From the NCBI GenBank assembly GCA_963782715.1, contig CAWAKU010000008.1, forward strand, positions 279,526 through 343,525: DNA of 64,000 nt, in the 5' to 3' direction. Under the pieces are notes generated by a model. It searched no databases, had not been told where the DNA came from, and saw only the letters and a program-made list of their open reading frames with translations. The stretch is from an uncultured Chloroflexia bacterium. Its GTDB lineage: Bacteria; Chloroflexota; Limnocylindria; Limnocylindrales; CSP1-4. Below are positions 1 through 8,207 of the stretch, piece after piece. Each line of letters begins with the position of its first letter. The first letter of the stretch is position 1. The translations under genes and the position numbers were made by a program.

Positions 1-1
1 G

Positions 2-595
2 CTCGACTGGGAGGACGTGCGTCTCGATCGCCTCTTCATCCAGGTCGGCGGCGGCGCCCTGGCGTCGGCCGTCATCGAGGGCTTCGCCGAAGCGCGCACG
101 CTCGGGCTGGCGGTCCGCGAGACGAGCATCCACCCCGTCCAGGCAGCGACGGTGGCACCTCTTGCCCGGGCCTATGAGCGGCTCGCCCATCGACTCGATA
201 TGGACGCGCCCACCGATGAGGACTTCGCCTGGGCTGCACGGCACCGCTCGGCCTTCATGTGGCCGTGGGAGACGGAGCCGCACAGCGTGGCCGGCGGGAT
301 CCTCGACGACGAGACGTACGACTGGCTGGCGATCGTCCGCGGGACCATCACCAGCGGCGGCGCGCCCGTGGTCGTCGACGAGCCGACCCTCGTCGAGGCG
401 AACGATCTCGCCGGCTCGGCGACCGGCATCGACGTCGACCCGACCGGCAGTGCCGGCCTGGCCGGCCTTCTCCAGCTCCGACGTCACGGACTCGTCTCCC
501 CGAACGAGACCGTCGCCGTCCTGTTCACCGGCATCCGACGCGACATCGCCCCGGATCCCGCCATCCCGCACGACATCACCGGAGGATCACGATGA
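2..595 (+). CDS. PLP-dependent fold-type II enzyme (threonine synthase / diaminopropionate ammonia-lyase-like), C-terminal part; 5' end lies outside the window
   Basis: Frame-2 ORF open from the window edge. The C-terminal motifs GIDVDPTGSAGLAGLL and ETVAVLFTG match the Trp-synthase-beta superfamily C-terminus. Family call is from motif memory, not a search. Confidence 0.55.
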   Translation, partial: LDWEDVRLDRLFIQVGGGALASAVIEGFAEARTLGLAVRETSIHPVQAATVAPLARAYERLAHRLDMDAPTDEDFAWAARHRSAFMWPWETEPHSVAGGILDDETYDWLAIVRGTITSGGAPVVVDEPTLVEANDLAGSATGIDVDPTGSAGLAGLLQLRRHGLVSPNETVAVLFTGIRRDIAPDPAIPHDITGGSR

Positions 596-1545
596 GGAGT
601 TTCCTGGGCCGCGACATCCTGTCCCTGAAGGACTTCGGACGCGACGATTTCTTCCGCGTCTTCCAGGTCGCAGACGACCTCCGGCCCTTCGCGCGCGACC
701 GGCGCAACACCGACCTGCTCAAGGACAAGACGCTGCTGACGGCGTTCTACCAGCCGAGCACGCGAACCCGCCTGTCGACGGAAGCGGCGATGCATCGGCT
801 CGGCGGTCACGTCCTCGGCTTCTCGGACGCGAAGATGACCCGGGCGGGCGACTTCTACCAGGAGTCGATCAAGGACACCTTCCGGATGCTCGAGTCGTAC
901 GGCGACGTCATCGCCATCCGGCATTTCCAGGAAGGCGCGCCGGCCGAGGCGGCCAAGTGGTCGTCCGTGCCGATCATCAACTGCGGTGACGGCTGGGGCG
1001 AGCATCCCACCCAGGTCCTGACCGACCTGTACACGATCCTGCTGGAGCGCGGCACGCTCGACGGGCTCAGCTACCTGCTCGTCGGCGACATGCGCATGCG
1101 AACGATGCATTCGCTGCTGTACGCGCTGTCCCAGTTCGATGCCGAGGCGATCGTCGTCAGCCCGCCGGACATGGCGCTCCAGCCCGAGTTCAAGGCCGAG
1201 CTCGACGCTCGGAACGTCGCCTATCGCGAGGCGGCCACGGTCAGCGAGGCCATCGGCGAGGCCGACATCATCTACATGGAGCCGGTCGTCCAGGCCGACT
1301 ACACCCAGTCGCGCGTCGAGCGGTCCGGCGAGACCGGCCTGACCCCGGAGGCCTACCAGGTCACCCGGGAGCTCCTGCGCACGAGCGCGAAGCGGAGCTC
1401 GATCATCCTCCACTCGCTGCCGCGGATGGACGAGCTGCTGCCCGACGTCGACGAGACGCGCCACCAGCGCTACTGGGCTGAGGCGTTCAACGGCGTCGCC
1501 CTCCGGATGGCGCTCCTGTCGCTCGTCCTCGGCGCGGCCGAGTAA
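592..1545 (+). CDS. aspartate carbamoyltransferase-like carbamoyltransferase (PyrB-like paralogue)
   Basis: ATG at 592 overlaps the upstream stop. Motifs STRTR, HPTQ and HSLP (variant of HPLP) are present. The C-terminus HSLPRMDEL...YWAEAFNGVALRMALL matches ATCase HPLPRVDEI...YFQQA.NG...RMALL. Confidence 0.8.
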   Translation: MRSFLGRDILSLKDFGRDDFFRVFQVADDLRPFARDRRNTDLLKDKTLLTAFYQPSTRTRLSTEAAMHRLGGHVLGFSDAKMTRAGDFYQESIKDTFRMLESYGDVIAIRHFQEGAPAEAAKWSSVPIINCGDGWGEHPTQVLTDLYTILLERGTLDGLSYLLVGDMRMRTMHSLLYALSQFDAEAIVVSPPDMALQPEFKAELDARNVAYREAATVSEAIGEADIIYMEPVVQADYTQSRVERSGETGLTPEAYQVTRELLRTSAKRSSIILHSLPRMDELLPDVDETRHQRYWAEAFNGVALRMALLSLVLGAAE

Positions 1546-1553
1546 GGGCGGCC

Positions 1554-2531
1554 ATGCAGACGAACCTTCGCGGTCGCGACCTGATCAGCCTCCAGGAGTG
1601 GACGCGCGAAGAGGTCGACACCGTCCTCGACGTCGCCACGTACCTCAAGATGCAGCGCGCCCTCGGCCAGCCGACCCCGCTGCTGCGCGACAAGGTCCTG
1701 GCGATGCTGTTCTTCTTCTCGAGCACGCGCACACGCGCCTCGTTCGAGGCCGGGATGGCCCAGCTCGGCGGCCACGCCCAGTTCATCGAATCGCGGACGA
1801 CCCAGATCGCCCACGGCGACACCGCCCGCGAGATCGGCGAGATCCTCGGTCGCTACAACGACGGGATCGCCATCCGGAACGTGGACTGGGGCGTCGGCAA
1901 CCAGTACATCCGCGAGGTCGCCGAGGCGAGCCGTGTGCCGGTCCTCAACATGCAGTGTGATCTCTACCACCCGCACCAGGTCCTCGCCGACCTGCTGACG
2001 ATCAAGGAGAAGTTCGGCGATCCGCGCGGCCGGACCATCACCATCTCCTGGGCATACGCCGCGAGCTACCAGAAGCCGATCAGCGTGCCCCAGGACCTCC
2101 TGCTCCTCGCCACCCGGTACGGCATGAACGTCCGGCTGGTCCACCCGCCGGAATTCAGGCTGATGGACGAGGTCGTCGCCCAGGCGACCGACAACGCCCG
2201 CCAGTCGCGCGGTTCGCTCGAGTTCATGGACGACATGGACGCGGGTGTCCGAGATTCGGACGTCGTCTACGCCAAGAGCTGGGGGCCGCTGCTCGTCGCC
2301 AAGGACGACGCCGACGGCGCGGCGATCTCGGCTCGCTACAGCGACTGGATCACCGACGAACGCCGGATGGACCTGGCCGGTCCGGATTCGATCTACATGC
2401 ACCCGCTCCCGGCCGACCGCAACGTCGAGGTCGCCGACGCGGTCATCGACGGTCCGCACTCGGTCGTCTACGACGAGGCGGAGAACCGACTCCACGTCCA
2501 GAAGGCCGTCATGGCCCTCACGATGGCCTGA
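1554..2531 (+). CDS. ygeW: YgeW-type (knotted) carbamoyltransferase of unknown substrate
   Basis: Motifs SSTRTR, HPHQ and HPLP. Long stretches resemble E. coli YgeW from memory (TQIAHGDTAREIG, NMQCDLYHPHQVLADL, WAYAASYQKPISVPQ, DVVYAKSWGPL, IYMHPLPADR). Confidence 0.8.
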   Translation: MQTNLRGRDLISLQEWTREEVDTVLDVATYLKMQRALGQPTPLLRDKVLAMLFFFSSTRTRASFEAGMAQLGGHAQFIESRTTQIAHGDTAREIGEILGRYNDGIAIRNVDWGVGNQYIREVAEASRVPVLNMQCDLYHPHQVLADLLTIKEKFGDPRGRTITISWAYAASYQKPISVPQDLLLLATRYGMNVRLVHPPEFRLMDEVVAQATDNARQSRGSLEFMDDMDAGVRDSDVVYAKSWGPLLVAKDDADGAAISARYSDWITDERRMDLAGPDSIYMHPLPADRNVEVADAVIDGPHSVVYDEAENRLHVQKAVMALTMA

Positions 2532-2566
2532 CCCCGAGGCCCCGACGGCCCGAAGGAGCACGAACG

Positions 2567-3511
2567 ATGGACAAGACCCTGGTCGTCGCGATCGGCGGCA
2601 ATTCGCTCATCAAGGACGCGAAGCATCAATCCGTCCCGGACCAGATCGCGGCGCTGGCCGAGACGAGCGTCCATATCGCCTCGGCGATCCGAGATGGCTG
2701 GCACGTGGCGATCGGCCACGGCAACGGCCCGCAGGTCGGATTCATCCTGCGCCGGTCCGAGCTGGCCGCCCACGAGCTGCACGAGGTGCCGCTGGACGTG
2801 TGCGATGCCGACAGCCAGGGGGCCATCGGATACGAGCTGCAGCAGACGCTCGGCAACGATTTCCGACGGATGGGCTTCGACCGACGGGCGGTCACGCTCG
2901 TGACACAGGTCGAGGTCGCCCGCGACGACCCGGCTTTCCAGAACCCGACCAAGCCCATCGGCACGTTCATGGACGAGGAGCGTGCTGCGGAGCGTCGCGA
3001 CAAGGACGGCTGGACCGTGGTCGAGGATGCCGGTCGCGGCTGGCGCCGCGTCGTGCCCTCCCCGCGCCCGATCCGGATCGTCGAGGAGGACGCGGTCCAG
3101 GCACTGCTCCGCGAGGGGTTCGTGGTCATCACCGTCGGTGGCGGCGGCGTCCCGGTCGTCGCCGACGCCTCGGGCTGCCTGCATGGCGTTGCGGCGGTCA
3201 TCGACAAGGACTACGCCTCGTCGCTGCTGGCCACCGCCGTCGGGGCGGACGTCTTCGCGATCACGACATCAGTCGAACGAGTCGCGCTCGATTGGGGCAA
3301 GCCGAGCCAGACCTGGATCGATCACCTGACCGTCGCTGAAGCGCGCGGCTACCTGGCCGAAGGCACCCATTTCATGCCGGGCAGCATGGCTCCCAAGATC
3401 CAGGCTTGCCTGGAATTCCTCGAACGCGGTGGCGGCGAGGCGCTGATCACGGCACCGGCCGATCTGGAGCTCGCCCTCAAGGGCAAGGCGGGGACCCGGA
3501 TCACCCTCTGA
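2567..3511 (+). CDS. arcC: carbamate kinase
   Basis: Begins MDKTLVVAIGGNSL and carries the GHGNGPQVG motif. The 314-aa length is typical for carbamate kinase. Confidence 0.85.
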   Translation: MDKTLVVAIGGNSLIKDAKHQSVPDQIAALAETSVHIASAIRDGWHVAIGHGNGPQVGFILRRSELAAHELHEVPLDVCDADSQGAIGYELQQTLGNDFRRMGFDRRAVTLVTQVEVARDDPAFQNPTKPIGTFMDEERAAERRDKDGWTVVEDAGRGWRRVVPSPRPIRIVEEDAVQALLREGFVVITVGGGGVPVVADASGCLHGVAAVIDKDYASSLLATAVGADVFAITTSVERVALDWGKPSQTWIDHLTVAEARGYLAEGTHFMPGSMAPKIQACLEFLERGGGEALITAPADLELALKGKAGTRITL

Positions 3512-3527
3512 CCCCGCGCGGCGTCAC

Positions 3528-3552
3528 TGCCGCGATCGGTGACAGGCCGTTG
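3528..3552. terminator. inverted repeat GGTGACAggccgtTGTCACC between convergent genes; candidate bidirectional terminator
   Basis: A 7-bp perfect inverted repeat with a 6-nt spacer, immediately after the carbamate kinase stop and before the stop of the minus-strand gene. There is no clear T-tract, which is common in high-GC genomes. Confidence 0.35.
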
Positions 3553-3567
3553 TCACCCCGTCATCGG

Positions 3568-4317
3568 TCATCCGGCCGGGTCGAGGATGGAGGTCTGCTC
3601 GATGGCCTCCATGTGCGCCGCGTCGAGCGCCACGAGCAGGTCGTGGACGTGGCGCACCTCGTCCGGCGACGGTTCGGTGCCGACGAGCCGGTCGAGGGCG
3701 TCGAGCCATGTCGCGAATGCGACCCACGCCGCCTGCCAGGTCCCGCCGCGAGCGGCTTCCCGGCGCCCTTCGTGGGCGAGCTCGCGGATCGCCGCCTGTC
3801 TGGTGCCCTCATCGCCGCTGTCGGTGATCTGTCGGACGATCCCATTGGCCGCCACGAGCGACTCCTCGAAACGGGTCCACGACAGGCGGGCATCGAACCG
3901 CTCGCCCAGCAGCCGACGAGGCAGACGCGCGATCGACCGATCGCGGTTCGGAACGCACACGACGACCGAGAAGTAGACACAGGCGACGAGGTAGGTCGCG
4001 AAGGCGATCGAGGTCGGCACGTCAGACCACGTCGCGACGACCTGCGCGACCGCCGTGAGGATCGTCAGGGGCACGACGAGGAGCACGATGACGCGCCACG
4101 GATAGCGTTCCGCGATCAGGTACAGCGTCAGTCCAGATGGGAGGACGGTCCAGATGAGCGGGTGGACCCACACGTTCATCGCGACGGCATAGGCGAGCCA
4201 GGCGACGAAGAGCAGGAGCCCGACACCGGTCGGCCAGTTGAGCGGGTCCAGCCGGGAAAGGCGGGCGGGTCGGGGTTGATCGCTCACCTGAGACATGGTG
4301 ACCCTGGTGGCGGACAC
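3568..4317 (-). CDS. hypothetical integral membrane protein with cytoplasmic C-terminal domain
   Basis: 249-aa ORF. The N-terminal half has about 4 hydrophobic helices; the C-terminal half is soluble and Arg/Glu-rich. No recognisable family. Confidence 0.5.
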   Translation of the reverse strand: MSATRVTMSQVSDQPRPARLSRLDPLNWPTGVGLLLFVAWLAYAVAMNVWVHPLIWTVLPSGLTLYLIAERYPWRVIVLLVVPLTILTAVAQVVATWSDVPTSIAFATYLVACVYFSVVVCVPNRDRSIARLPRRLLGERFDARLSWTRFEESLVAANGIVRQITDSGDEGTRQAAIRELAHEGRREAARGGTWQAAWVAFATWLDALDRLVGTEPSPDEVRHVHDLLVALDAAHMEAIEQTSILDPAG

Positions 4318-4383
4318 GTCAAGTCAGGTGGTCGCGGCATCGCCGACTCTCGGTTTGCCGAAGCGGTTCCGGGACCTCCCAGA

Positions 4384-4755
4384 ATGGTGGTCAGGAGGGA
4401 CGTCTTGGAACTGCTTCTGTCTTCCGCTGGCATCACGAACACGAGCATCCGCGACACGCTGGTCGACCTCCTGGGCAAGCCCATCGCAGAATCCAGTGCC
4501 CTGTGCATCCCCACCGCGTCGTATGCCAACGTCGGCGGCGCCGCCCTGGCATGGCGGTTCATCAGCGGACAGGAACCGCGGACGCCCATGTGCGAATTGG
4601 GATGGAAGTCCCTTGGCGTGCTGGAGCTCACCGCGCTGCCCAGCATCGAGGCGGACGGCTGGATCCCCATGGTCCAGGAGACCGACGTCCTTCTCGTGAA
4701 TGGCGGCGACCCCATGTATCTGTGCCACTGGAAACTGTTCCCCGCAGCGGGCTGA
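4384..4755 (+). pseudogene. peptidase S51 (dipeptidase E, PepE)-like, 3'-truncated remnant
   Basis: The N-terminal 120 aa align in architecture with PepE (ELLLSS...ALCIPTASYA ... LLVNGGDPMYL, cf. GGGNTF). The ORF stops roughly 100 aa short of a full S51 peptidase and no RBS is evident. Confidence 0.35.
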
Positions 4756-4776
4756 CCGCGACGACGTCGCGCCGGC

Positions 4777-5353
4777 TCAGGCGGACTCGAGGCGTCGCAG
4801 CGCTTCGAGGACGGCCGCCTCGACCGTATCCATGTCCGCGAAGCCGAGGTCCAGCCGGAGCGTCGCCGACGCCGTCAGCATCGCGTTATACGGCATCCCG
4901 GGGTCGCTGGAGGCACGGAAGTCGGTGCGCACCAGCATGACCGGCCTCTTGCCATACGCGTAGCCGCACTCCCAGGCGGTGCCGGAATCCGGGTCCGCGC
5001 CATCCATGATCGCGACCAGCGCGTCCGACCAGTCGATCCCGCTGACGTCGGTGGCGAAGACACCGGCGGCGTCCCTGCCCTTTTCCTGCTCCTGCGGCAG
5101 GAAGACCTCGTGACCGGCGGCGCGCAGCCGGTCGGCCAGCGCCGCGTATTAGAAAGCGGCAGGAAGACCTCGTGACCGGCGGCGCGCAGCCGGTCGGCCA
5201 GCGCCGCGTTCCAGTCTCGTTCGGCGGGCTGAACAGCGGGCCGCCACGTAGAGCTTCACGGGTGAGTATGCGAAAAATCCAGTCTCGTTCGGCGGCGCTG
5301 AACAGCGGGCCGGCCACGTAGAGCTTCACGGGTCGAGTATGCCGGAACGCCAT
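4777..5353 (-). pseudogene. nucleoside 2-deoxyribosyltransferase-like gene disrupted by internal imperfect tandem duplications
   Basis: The N-terminus MAFRHTRPVKLYVAGPLFSAAERDW and C-terminus DGADPDSGTAWECGYAYGKRPV are in different frames. With the duplicated segments removed, one continuous about 150-aa Ndt-family protein is restored. Confidence 0.6.
5089..5345. repeat. two adjacent imperfect tandem duplications (about 54 bp and about 62 bp units), each joined by an 8-11 bp AT-rich filler
   Basis: Unit X gcggcaggaagacctcgtgaccggcggcgcgcagccggtcggccagcgccgcgt occurs twice around filler attagaaa. Unit Y ccagtctcgttcggcggcgctgaacagcgggccggccacgtagagcttcacgggtcgagtatgc occurs twice around filler gaaaaatc. 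One Y copy carries three 1-bp deletions. Confidence 0.75.
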
Positions 5354-5407
5354 GGGCTCCCGGGCGCGATCCTCTGCCCGTGCCCACGGGGGCTCCCGGT
5401 ATGGCGG

Positions 5408-5451
5408 TGGCGCCCCCGGACAGTGGCGCCCCCGGACGGACGCCGGGGCTC
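5408..5451 (-). repeat. tRNA-Arg 3'-end-like direct repeat, copy A (tandem partial and fuller copy)
   Basis: tggcgcccccggacag followed by tggcgcccccggacggacgccggggctc. It shares the 14-nt core gcgcccccggacgg with the 3' end of tRNA-Arg at 13790. The tail ends in palindrome cccggacggacgccggg. Confidence 0.5.
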
Positions 5452-5619
5452 ACGAAGCAAATCGTACGACCCTCTCGCGTGGTACGCGACCGCATAAGCC
5501 TGGGAGATCCCAGGCCGCTTCGTCGGCGAGACCCGTGACAGCCGCCATGGGTCTCGCCGGATCGAGGTGGCATGACGCCGCGTTCTCCAGCGCGTTGCGC
5601 AAGGTAGCGCGCACAGACG

Positions 5620-6876
5620 TCAATAGGTCGGATCCGTGCCACTGCGGGAGTACACGTGACTGGTGATGACGTCTACGACGTCCTTGTCGGAGCACTCGCC
5701 CGATCGGTCGACGCACTCGGTAAGGACGAGCGTGAGCCGGTCGCCGACGATGGTCCAGCGAAAGTTCGTGCGGACGCCCCCGCGATTGGTCATCGTCAGC
5801 TTGTCGCCGTCAACCGTCATGACGCCGCCGTCCCCCTCGGGAATGCCTTGGATCAGCCACAGCTCCCCGTCGAGGACGAAGCCCTGCCACCACTGGTCGC
5901 GGTCGAAGCCGAGCCGTAGGGCCACGTCTGCCCCCGACTTTCCGGCCTCCGCGGCGACATCCACCATCATCTTGCGAAGCGTCTCGGGACTGTCGTCCGT
6001 GACCGGGTAGTCCCAGGTTCCACGGAACGCCTCGAGGGCCGCGATGTCCTGGTCCGGGGTGAGCACCGGCGCGATCGCCGTAGGTCGGCTTGCGTCCCGC
6101 AGCTGCTCGATCCCATCGTCCGTCAACGCCGCCTGGTACACCGTTGCGGCGTCGATTGCCCCCGGCCAGAAGTCAGACGGGCCACCACGCGCCATGGAGC
6201 CACCGACCATCATCGCGCCGCGTGCCTGCCACGGCGCGTCGAAGGACGTCTCGGCCGCGCGCTTGCCATCGACGTAGAGACGGATCTGCCCAGCGGGCTG
6301 ATCGAACACGCCGGCGACATGGACCCAGGCGGCCGGATCGATTGCCGGACCGGTTGCTCGCGCACGGACCGTGTGCCCGGGGTCGTTTGTGTCGAGGTCC
6401 TTCATCGAGAAGGCCCAGTCTCCCTCGCCCAGACCGAGATAGAACGCGGAGGCTGTCTCGCCGACCTGACTGAGGACCGTCCCGAACGGCGACTTCTCGC
6501 CGACGGTCACCCAGGCCGCGACGGTGAAGCTGGCGGTGGTGTCGAGAGGGCCCGGCCCCGCCGTCGTTCCGTATCCCGTGACGCCGTCGAGCACGACCGC
6601 TCCGTGGTCGAACTCGTGCGTGCCGACGAACGTCAGTGGGTCGCCGGGTGACCCGTCGCCGTTGTTGTCAAGCTGCCATGCTGCCAGCGGCGTGGGCTCG
6701 ACGCTCGCTGCTGGTGTCGACATCGCCGAGACGGTCGGCGTGGGCTCGACGCTCGCGGAGGGCACCGGCGTCGTCGCCGATGCGGACGGCGTGGTGCCCG
6801 CGGTGCAGGCGGCGAGCAGGAGCGCGGCCGCGATTGCGGTCAGGTTCGAGGCGCGCGGGAACAAGGCACGTCGCAT
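5620..6876 (-). CDS. secreted lipoprotein with LamG/concanavalin-A-like lectin domain
   Basis: Start MRRALFPRASNLTAIAAALLLAACTAG with lipobox LAAC; RBS ggagac upstream. A Thr/Pro/Ser-rich linker is followed by a LamG-like region (FTVAAWV, IRLYVDG). Confidence 0.7.
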   Translation of the reverse strand: MRRALFPRASNLTAIAAALLLAACTAGTTPSASATTPVPSASVEPTPTVSAMSTPAASVEPTPLAAWQLDNNGDGSPGDPLTFVGTHEFDHGAVVLDGVTGYGTTAGPGPLDTTASFTVAAWVTVGEKSPFGTVLSQVGETASAFYLGLGEGDWAFSMKDLDTNDPGHTVRARATGPAIDPAAWVHVAGVFDQPAGQIRLYVDGKRAAETSFDAPWQARGAMMVGGSMARGGPSDFWPGAIDAATVYQAALTDDGIEQLRDASRPTAIAPVLTPDQDIAALEAFRGTWDYPVTDDSPETLRKMMVDVAAEAGKSGADVALRLGFDRDQWWQGFVLDGELWLIQGIPEGDGGVMTVDGDKLTMTNRGGVRTNFRWTIVGDRLTLVLTECVDRSGECSDKDVVDVITSHVYSRSGTDPTY

Positions 6877-6899
6877 CGGAGTCTCCTTGCGCGTTGGGT

Positions 6900-8207
6900 T
6901 CAGGGAGCGAGCCGCTGCCAGCTCCAGTACGCCTGGTCGGTCGACACGTCGTACGACTTGGGCACGACATGCGCGAGGACGGTCGGCTCGGCGGTCGGGT
7001 CGCGGGCATGCAGCGCCAGAAGCTCGCAGTCGGTGGCGGAGATGCAGCGGAGCGCGGTGATCTCCGTGCCGTCCGGCGACCAGGCGAGGCTGTCGGCGGT
7101 GGCGCTGAGGGGTGCCAGGACCGTCTCGGTACGGGTGGCGAGGTCGAGCACGACGACCTGCCACTGCCGGCCGCCCGTCGATCGCCAGTACGCCAGCCGT
7201 CCGCCGTCCGGTGACCACGCCGGCTGGGCCTCGTCCTTCTCGGTGCCGGCGATCACCTTCTCGTCCACGCGATCGGTCGCGAGGAGGAGGATGTCGCGAT
7301 CGAGTCGGCCCGAGTCGCCGTAGTGCACGGCGATCCGCTTGCCGTCGGGCGACCAGCGCGGCAGCTGCAGGAAGCCATTGTCGGCGTTGCTCGGCCGGTC
7401 GCTGAGCCGGACGAGGCCGCTGCCATCGGGCGCCGAGACGTAGAGGAAGCTCTCCGGGCGTCGCGTCGGCTCGCCGAGAAAGGCGATGCGATCACCCGAG
7501 GGCGACCAGGCCGGGTATTCGACCGCGAACAGCGACGGGGGCAGAAGCTCGGTGCGGCCGCCGGTATCGGCGTCCACGATCCAGATCTTCGCCGCTGTGT
7601 CTGCTCCGCTCGCGTCGACGATCGAGACGGCGATCCGCCGCGAGTCGGGGTTCCAGGCCGGAGCTTCCTCGCCCATCACGATACCGGCAGCCGAGTCGGT
7701 GGTGACAAGCTCACGGGCGCCGGAGCCGTCCACGTTCGCGACCATGAGTGACGTCTTCGTGCCCTGCTCGCGCAGGAAGGCGACCCGTTGGCCGTCGAGC
7801 GAGACGCTGGGCCGCGTGTCGGTGCCGAGCCCGGTCGACAGCGGGCGCTGGTCGTTCCCGTCCGGCTCGAGCGCGAGGATGTGGCTGCCGTCGTCGTAGA
7901 TGACGAGGCCGTTCGCCGCGATCCCAAAGGGGGCCGGGATCCGGGGCCGCGAGCCAACGATGCCTTGGACGACCAGTGCCGCAATCAGCAGCACGAGGAG
8001 GACGACCCAGGCCAGGCGCACCGTCGCGGCGGCGTGCAACTCGGGCAGGTCGAGCAGGATCCAGTTGCGCGGGAACGTCCAGCCGGGCCGCTGGCGCTCG
8101 GTGCGCGCCCGAGCCCGCACCTCGGGCAGGTAGTCCGGCACACTCGCCGGCGCGGCGTCGGCCAGGAGATCGGCGAGACGGCGGTCGAAGGGATCTCGGG
8201 CGTTCAC
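6900..8207 (-). CDS. membrane anti-sigma factor with periplasmic TolB/PD40-like beta-propeller
   Basis: Its start overlaps the stop of the upstream ECF sigma gene by 4 nt. It has one TM helix (VRLAWVVLLVLLIAALVV). Repeated W/YSPDG motifs are present (PAWNPDSRRIA, PAWSPSGDRIA, PRWSPDGKRIA, PAWSPDGGRLA, LAWSPDGTEI). Confidence 0.75.
   Translation of the reverse strand: MNARDPFDRRLADLLADAAPASVPDYLPEVRARARTERQRPGWTFPRNWILLDLPELHAAATVRLAWVVLLVLLIAALVVQGIVGSRPRIPAPFGIAANGLVIYDDGSHILALEPDGNDQRPLSTGLGTDTRPSVSLDGQRVAFLREQGTKTSLMVANVDGSGARELVTTDSAAGIVMGEEAPAWNPDSRRIAVSIVDASGADTAAKIWIVDADTGGRTELLPPSLFAVEYPAWSPSGDRIAFLGEPTRRPESFLYVSAPDGSGLVRLSDRPSNADNGFLQLPRWSPDGKRIAVHYGDSGRLDRDILLLATDRVDEKVIAGTEKDEAQPAWSPDGGRLAYWRSTGGRQWQVVVLDLATRTETVLAPLSATADSLAWSPDGTEITALRCISATDCELLALHARDPTAEPTVLAHVVPKSYDVSTDQAYWSWQRLAP

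Noticed and set aside
162-1545. Long plus-strand ORFs 162..989 and 259..1545 with Arg/Pro-rich translations upstream of the carbamoyltransferase
   Set aside because: These are GC-rich frame shadows. Only the region from ATG 592 onward has carbamoyltransferase motifs, and the upstream part overlaps the well-supported PLP enzyme in another frame.
3406-4755. 449-aa plus-strand ORF spanning 3406..4755
   Set aside because: Only the last 123 codons (from 4384) resemble a real protein (PepE-like). The upstream part is antisense to the membrane protein gene at 3568..4317.
5352-5716. Short ORFs around repeat copy A (5352..5666, 5450..5716, 5256..5642)
   Set aside because: They overlap the tRNA-like repeats and the intergenic region, have no RBS or motifs, and are GC-frame artefacts.
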